A DNA stretch of 64,000 nucleotides, from assembly GCA_934101795.1 (NCBI GenBank), contig CAKORY010000002.1, positions 25,200 through 89,199 on the forward strand, read 5' to 3'. The notes beneath the pieces were generated by a model that saw only the letters and a program-made list of their open reading frames with translations, did not search any database and was not told the origin of the DNA. Source of the DNA: an uncultured Bacilli bacterium (GTDB lineage: Bacteria > Bacillota_I > Bacilli_A > RF39 > UBA660). The position numbers and the translations under genes are program-made. How positions within the stretch are numbered: position 1 is the stretch's first letter; each line of letters starts with the position of its first letter. Shown in pieces: positions 59,357-64,000 of this stretch.

Positions 59357-60065
59357 ACATTTAAAGAAAAAATTTGATAAAATAAGTGTATTAAAAGATA
59401 TAAGTTTTGATGTAGAAAAAGGAGATATTTTAGCAATAGTTGGACCTTCAGGAAGTGGGAAAAGTACACTTCTTAGATGTTTAAATATGTTAGAAACACC
59501 AACAAGTGGAAAGATTGTTTTTGAAGGCGTTAATCTTACAAGTAAAGATGCTAATTTACCTTTAGTAAGAGAAAAAATGGGAATGGTTTTTCAACAATTT
59601 AATTTGTTCAATCATTTAACAGTTATGGAAAATCTTACTTTAGCTCCGATTAAACTTAAGGTTATGGGTGAAGGCAGTAGTAAAAGAAAAGCAACTGAAC
59701 TTTTGAAAATGATTGATTTATACGATAAAGCAAATAGTTATCCAAGTTCTTTATCGGGAGGGCAAAAACAAAGAATTGCAATTATTAGAACACTTATGAT
59801 GAATCCAGATATTATACTTTTTGATGAACCTACGAGTGCGTTAGATCCATTGATGGTTGGAGAAGTACTTGATTTAATAAAAAGACTTGCAAATGATAAT
59901 AAAACAATGATTATTGTATCTCATGAACTTAATTTCGTTAAAAACATTGCAAGCAAGGTGTTATTCTTGGATGATGGAAAAGTTAAATTTTATGGAAGTA
60001 ATAAAGAATTTTTTGCTAGTAAAAATAAAGATATAAAAGAATTTCTAGATAAAGTCAATAATTGA
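59343..60065 (+). CDS. Amino-acid ABC transporter ATP-binding protein (GlnQ-like)
   Basis: Walker A GPSGSGKST, signature LSGGQKQRIAIIRT, Walker B ILFDEPTSALD. Confidence 0.9.
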   Translation: MLSVKHLKKKFDKISVLKDISFDVEKGDILAIVGPSGSGKSTLLRCLNMLETPTSGKIVFEGVNLTSKDANLPLVREKMGMVFQQFNLFNHLTVMENLTLAPIKLKVMGEGSSKRKATELLKMIDLYDKANSYPSSLSGGQKQRIAIIRTLMMNPDIILFDEPTSALDPLMVGEVLDLIKRLANDNKTMIIVSHELNFVKNIASKVLFLDDGKVKFYGSNKEFFASKNKDIKEFLDKVNN

Positions 60066-60119
60066 TTGAAAATATAAAATTAGTCTGTTATAATTAAGGT
60101 AGAATAAGGAGAGGATTAA

Positions 60120-62435
60120 ATGAATGCAATTAATGTAAGAAGTGAAATTGGACCACTTAAAAAAGTACTTTTGCATAGACCTGGTAATGAACTTTTAAAT
60201 TTAACACCAGATTCTTTGGGTAGATTACTTTTTGATGATATACCTTTTTTACCTGATGCTCAAGCTGAACATGATGAGTTTGCTAGAGTATTAAAAGAAA
60301 ATGGTATTGAAGTAGTATATCTTGAAGATTTAATGGCTAGTGTACTTGAATTAAGTGGAGATATTGAAGATAAATTTATTAGACAATTTATCTATGAAGC
60401 GGGGATAACTACTCCGAAGTATAAAAATTTAGTATATAGTTATCTAAAGAGTTTTAATAATAAAAAAGAACTTGTTTTAAAAACTATGGAAGGGATAAAA
60501 CTTGAAGAAATTAGTAGAGCTAAAAGAGAAGTTGAAAAGTCTTTAGTTGACTTAGTTAGTGAAGAATCAGATTTTTTAGCAGATCCGATGCCAAACCTTT
60601 ATTTTACAAGAGATCCATTTGCTAGTGCTGGTAATGGAGTAATTTTAAATAAAATGTATTCTGTTACTAGAAGTAGAGAAACTATTTATGCTGAATATAT
60701 CTTTAATTATCATCCAGATTTTAAAGATAGTTTAGATAAATATTATGATAGATATTTACCATATCATATTGAAGGTGGAGATGTCTTAAATTTAAATAGT
60801 CATATTTTAGCTGTTGGTATTTCTCAAAGAACTGAAGCTGCAGCAATAGATGAACTAGCTAAGAATTGTTTTAGAGATCCTAATTGTAAGATTGATACAA
60901 TACTTGCATTTAATATACCTGAGTCAAGAGCTTTCATGCACTTAGATACTGTATTTACTCAAATTGATTATGATAAATTTACATATCATCCAGGTATTAT
61001 GGATACACTTCAAGTTTTTGAAATTACTGAAGGGGATATTCCTGATTCTGATGAAGATTTAAATGTTAAAGAAGTAAATGGTAGTTTGGAAGAAATTCTT
61101 GAAAAATACTTAGGTAGAGAAATTGAAGTTATTCCATGTGCTGGTGGGGAAAAGATTTCATCAGAAAGAGAACAATGGAATGATGGAACAAATACTTTAT
61201 GTATTGCTCCGGGTGTTGTAGTTGTTTATGATAGAAACAATATTACTAATAATATTTTAAGAGAACATGGTCTTAAAGTAATTGAAGTAAGTAGTGCTGA
61301 ACTTTCGCGTGGTAGAGGTGGCCCTAGATGTATGAGTATGCCACTTATTCGTGAAGATATTGAAGAATTAGAACCTAATAAAGAAGAAATGCTTGAAACT
61401 ATAAAGATTGAAGATTTTATAAAGGTTCAAAATATAAATAAAATTGATTTGAGAGGTAGAAATTTCCTAAAACTTCTTGATTATACACCAGAAGAAATAA
61501 GATATTTACTTGATTTATCTAAAGATTTAAAAGATAAAAAGAGAAGAGGTATTGAACATAGATACTTAAGTGGTAAAAATATTGTTTTACTTTTTGAAAA
61601 AACTTCAACTAGAACTAGATGTGCTTTTGAAGTTGCTGGTATGGATTTGGGTATGGGTGTAACTTACTTAGATCCTGGAGCTTCTCAAATGGGTAAAAAA
61701 GAATCAATTAGTGATACTGCGAAAGTTCTTGGTAGAATGTATGATGGTATTGAATATCGTGGATATGACCAAGCTATTGTGGAAGAACTTGCTGAAAATG
61801 CTGGTGTTCCTGTTTGGAATGGTTTAACTACTGAATTCCATCCAACACAAATGCTTGCTGATATTTTAACTGTTGAAGAAAATTTTGGACATTTAAAAGG
61901 CATTAAACTTGTTTTTATGGGTGATGCTAGAAATAATGTTGCTAATTCACTTATGGTTGTATGTAGTAAGATGGGAATGCATTTTGTTGCTTGTGGACCT
62001 AAGAGCTTATGGCCAAATGAAGAATTAATTGAAGAATGCAAGGAAATTTGTAAGACAACTGGTGGATTAATCGAAATGAATGAAAACGTTTTAGAAGCTA
62101 CCCGTGATGCTGATGTTATTTATACTGATGTTTGGGTTTCTATGGGAGAACCTGATGATGTATGGAATGAAAGAATCAATTTACTTAAACCTTATCAAGT
62201 AAATATGGATGTTATGAATAATGCAAGACCTGATGCTATATTCTTACATTGTCTTCCATCATTCCACAATTTAAAAACAACTATTGGTAAAGATATATAT
62301 AGTAAATTTGGTTTAAAAGAAATGGAAGTAACTGATGAAGTATTTAATTTACCTTGTTCTAAAGTATTTGATCAAGCTGAAAATAGATTACATACTATTA
62401 AAGCTGTCGTTTATGCAACAATGAGGGAAGATTAA
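60120..62435 (+). CDS. arcAB: Fused arginine deiminase (ArcA) - catabolic ornithine carbamoyltransferase (ArcB), single 771-aa ORF
   Basis: N-part: ADI motifs incl. C-terminal catalytic GGPRCMSMP; ~26-aa linker; C-part: OTC STRTR carbamoyl-phosphate motif, HPTQ, HCLP; no stop between domains. Confidence 0.8.
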   Translation: MNAINVRSEIGPLKKVLLHRPGNELLNLTPDSLGRLLFDDIPFLPDAQAEHDEFARVLKENGIEVVYLEDLMASVLELSGDIEDKFIRQFIYEAGITTPKYKNLVYSYLKSFNNKKELVLKTMEGIKLEEISRAKREVEKSLVDLVSEESDFLADPMPNLYFTRDPFASAGNGVILNKMYSVTRSRETIYAEYIFNYHPDFKDSLDKYYDRYLPYHIEGGDVLNLNSHILAVGISQRTEAAAIDELAKNCFRDPNCKIDTILAFNIPESRAFMHLDTVFTQIDYDKFTYHPGIMDTLQVFEITEGDIPDSDEDLNVKEVNGSLEEILEKYLGREIEVIPCAGGEKISSEREQWNDGTNTLCIAPGVVVVYDRNNITNNILREHGLKVIEVSSAELSRGRGGPRCMSMPLIREDIEELEPNKEEMLETIKIEDFIKVQNINKIDLRGRNFLKLLDYTPEEIRYLLDLSKDLKDKKRRGIEHRYLSGKNIVLLFEKTSTRTRCAFEVAGMDLGMGVTYLDPGASQMGKKESISDTAKVLGRMYDGIEYRGYDQAIVEELAENAGVPVWNGLTTEFHPTQMLADILTVEENFGHLKGIKLVFMGDARNNVANSLMVVCSKMGMHFVACGPKSLWPNEELIEECKEICKTTGGLIEMNENVLEATRDADVIYTDVWVSMGEPDDVWNERINLLKPYQVNMDVMNNARPDAIFLHCLPSFHNLKTTIGKDIYSKFGLKEMEVTDEVFNLPCSKVFDQAENRLHTIKAVVYATMRED

Positions 62436-63371
62436 ATGAGTAAAATAGTTATTGCCTTAGGTGGTAATGCCTTAGGTAAAAATCCTAAAGAACAAATGAA
62501 TTTACTTCAAAATGTTTCTAAAATAATTGTGAAACTTGTTAAAGATGGTAATGATGTTGTTATAACGCATGGGAATGGTCCTCAAGTAGGGCAAATAGCA
62601 CTTGCTATGGAGTATGCAGCTTCAAATGGAGCTGGTACTCCTTATATGCCATTTCCTGAGTGTGGGAGTATGAGTCAAGGTTATATTGGTTATGGTTTAG
62701 AACAATGCCTTTTAAATGAGATGAAAAAGGAAAACGTTCAAAAAAAATGCGTAGCCTTAATAACACAGGTTCTAGTTGATGCAAAAGATAGTGCTTTTTC
62801 TAATCCAACTAAACCAATTGGAATGTTTTATAGTAAGGAAGAGGCTATAAAGCAGGAAAAAGAAAAAGGTTATACTTTTGTAGAAGATGCTGGACGTGGG
62901 TATCGAAGAGTTGTGCCATCTCCGATGCCAATAGATATCATTGAAAAAGAAACTATTAAAGAACTTTTTCAAAATGGTTCACTTGTAATTGCTGCTGGTG
63001 GTGGGGGTATTCCCGTTATAAAAGATGGGGATAACTTAAAAGGTGTAGAAGCTGTTATTGATAAAGATAAAACTGCTGCATTACTCGCTAAGTTAATTGG
63101 TGCTGATACGCTTCTTATTTTAACTAGTGTTGATAAAGTGTCAATACATTACAATACTGATTTTCAAATTGATTTGGATGTGTTAAATGTTCAAGAAGCT
63201 TTGAAGTATATTTCTAATAATGAGTTTGCTAAAGGAAGTATGCTTCCTAAAATAGAAGCTTGTTTAGATTTTGTTAAGGGTACTAATAATAGAGCAATTA
63301 TAGGTTCGCTAGAAAAAGCAGTTGATGCTATAAATGGTGATTCTGGCACAATTATAAAGGAGGAAAAATAA
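62436..63371 (+). CDS. arcC: Carbamate kinase
   Basis: MSKIVIALGGNALG N-terminus, 311 aa. Confidence 0.9.
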   Translation: MSKIVIALGGNALGKNPKEQMNLLQNVSKIIVKLVKDGNDVVITHGNGPQVGQIALAMEYAASNGAGTPYMPFPECGSMSQGYIGYGLEQCLLNEMKKENVQKKCVALITQVLVDAKDSAFSNPTKPIGMFYSKEEAIKQEKEKGYTFVEDAGRGYRRVVPSPMPIDIIEKETIKELFQNGSLVIAAGGGGIPVIKDGDNLKGVEAVIDKDKTAALLAKLIGADTLLILTSVDKVSIHYNTDFQIDLDVLNVQEALKYISNNEFAKGSMLPKIEACLDFVKGTNNRAIIGSLEKAVDAINGDSGTIIKEEK

Positions 63372-63374
63372 AAT

Positions 63375-64000
63375 GGCAAAGGCTAAGAAAAAGGCTAAAC
63401 AAATGTTATCGTCTTTTTCAATAATAATGATTTTAATATTTGGCCTTGGAATATTATCTCATTTACTTCCAAATGCTAAGTTTGTTGGTGATACTTTAGT
63501 TGATGGAAGTGGTACTGTTGGAGCAACTCTTTCTCAAGTTTTAATGTCTCCGATTCAAGGTTTTGAAAATGCTATAGATGTTAGTATTTTCATTATGATG
63601 CTGGGTGGTATGCTTGCGGTTATTAATAAAACTGGGGCATTAGAAACTGGTATCAAAGTTTTAGTTCATAAACTAAAAGGTAAAGAAATTTGGTTGATTC
63701 CAATTCTTATGACAGTATTTTCTGTTTGTGGTACAACTTATGGTATGCTTGAAGAAACTGTTGGATTTTATGTTTTATTATCTGCTACTATGATGGCTGC
63801 TGGTATGGATCCACTTGTTGGTTCTGCGGTTATTCTTCTTGGGGCTGGTAGTGGATGTTTGGGTTCAACAATTAACCCATTTGCAACAGGTGTTGCTTTA
63901 AGTGCTCTTCCAAAAGGGATAACAGCTGATAATGGTTTTGTTATTCTAATTGCAACATTCTTATGGCTTACAACATTAATAGTATCTATTCTATTTGTTA
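63375..64000 (+). CDS. YfcC/DcuC-family membrane transporter (putative arginine/ornithine antiporter of ADI locus), 3'-truncated by window end
   Basis: multi-TM protein following arcC; family-level resemblance only; ORF runs off window. Confidence 0.5.

Noticed and set aside
61685-62041. 118-aa antisense ORF inside arcB portion
   Set aside because: Opposite a conserved OTC domain; spurious.
60120-62435. arcA-arcB fusion as assembly artefact
   Set aside because: Considered; the linker is in-frame for ~26 codons with no stop and no internal RBS. Kept as a genuine finding, flagged for read-level verification.
1-64000. CRISPR arrays, tRNA/rRNA genes, transposases/IS elements
   Set aside because: No regularly spaced 25-40-nt direct repeats, no cloverleaf-like GC-rich segments, and no transposase or integrase ORFs seen on either strand.

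Overview
This 64 kb window comes from a very AT-rich, low-GC, spore-forming Firmicute (Clostridia/Erysipelotrichia-like). It is almost fully coding and mostly on the + strand. The first ~39 kb is conserved chromosomal housekeeping and sporulation synteny: ybaB-recR-holB-ricT(yaaT)-pth-mfd-spoVT; a T-box-like leader with dut-metG-tatD; rsmA-yabG-veg-spoVG; yabP-yabQ-divIC; clpP; gap; ftsEX with a coiled-coil M23 peptidase; gerQ; yvcK-whiA; truA-rplM-rpsI; and rluA/ttcA/cwlD/htrA. Several B. subtilis neighbours are absent (yabA, glmU, prs, ispE, purR, ecfA-ecfA'-ecfT). The accessory content is in the second half. (i) An Abi_2/AbiD-AbiF-like abortive-infection gene sits upstream of htrA with a 4-nt stop/start overlap. 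(ii) A membrane-anchored extracytoplasmic protein carries a C-terminal Hint/bacterial-intein-like autoprocessing domain and a 60-aa tail. It is flanked by an amber-interrupted XRE regulator and a Cys-rich protein. (iii) A MarR gene, a heterodimeric ABC exporter and a two-component system lie directly upstream of a non-canonical Dlt-like five-gene cluster: DltA-like adenylating enzyme, a fold-type-III PLP decarboxylase, a DltC-like carrier protein, an AlgI-length MBOAT, and an SGNH/DHHW-like protein. This is my best candidate for an undescribed cell-envelope aminoacylation system. (iv) After an amino-acid ABC importer comes an arginine deiminase pathway locus in which arcA and arcB are fused into one 771-aa ORF, followed by arcC and a YfcC-family transporter. 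I also see a ~90-nt two-hairpin intergenic element present twice (after gap, and in the leader of the Dlt-like cluster), a T-box-like leader in front of dut-metG, a catalytically dead ABC-ATPase relic where ecfA normally precedes truA, and tandem near-identical sigma-A promoters with a ~450-nt ORF-poor leader upstream of rplM. I found no rRNA, tRNA, CRISPR array or transposase. All calls rest on motif-level reading of the supplied six-frame translations; I ran no database searches.
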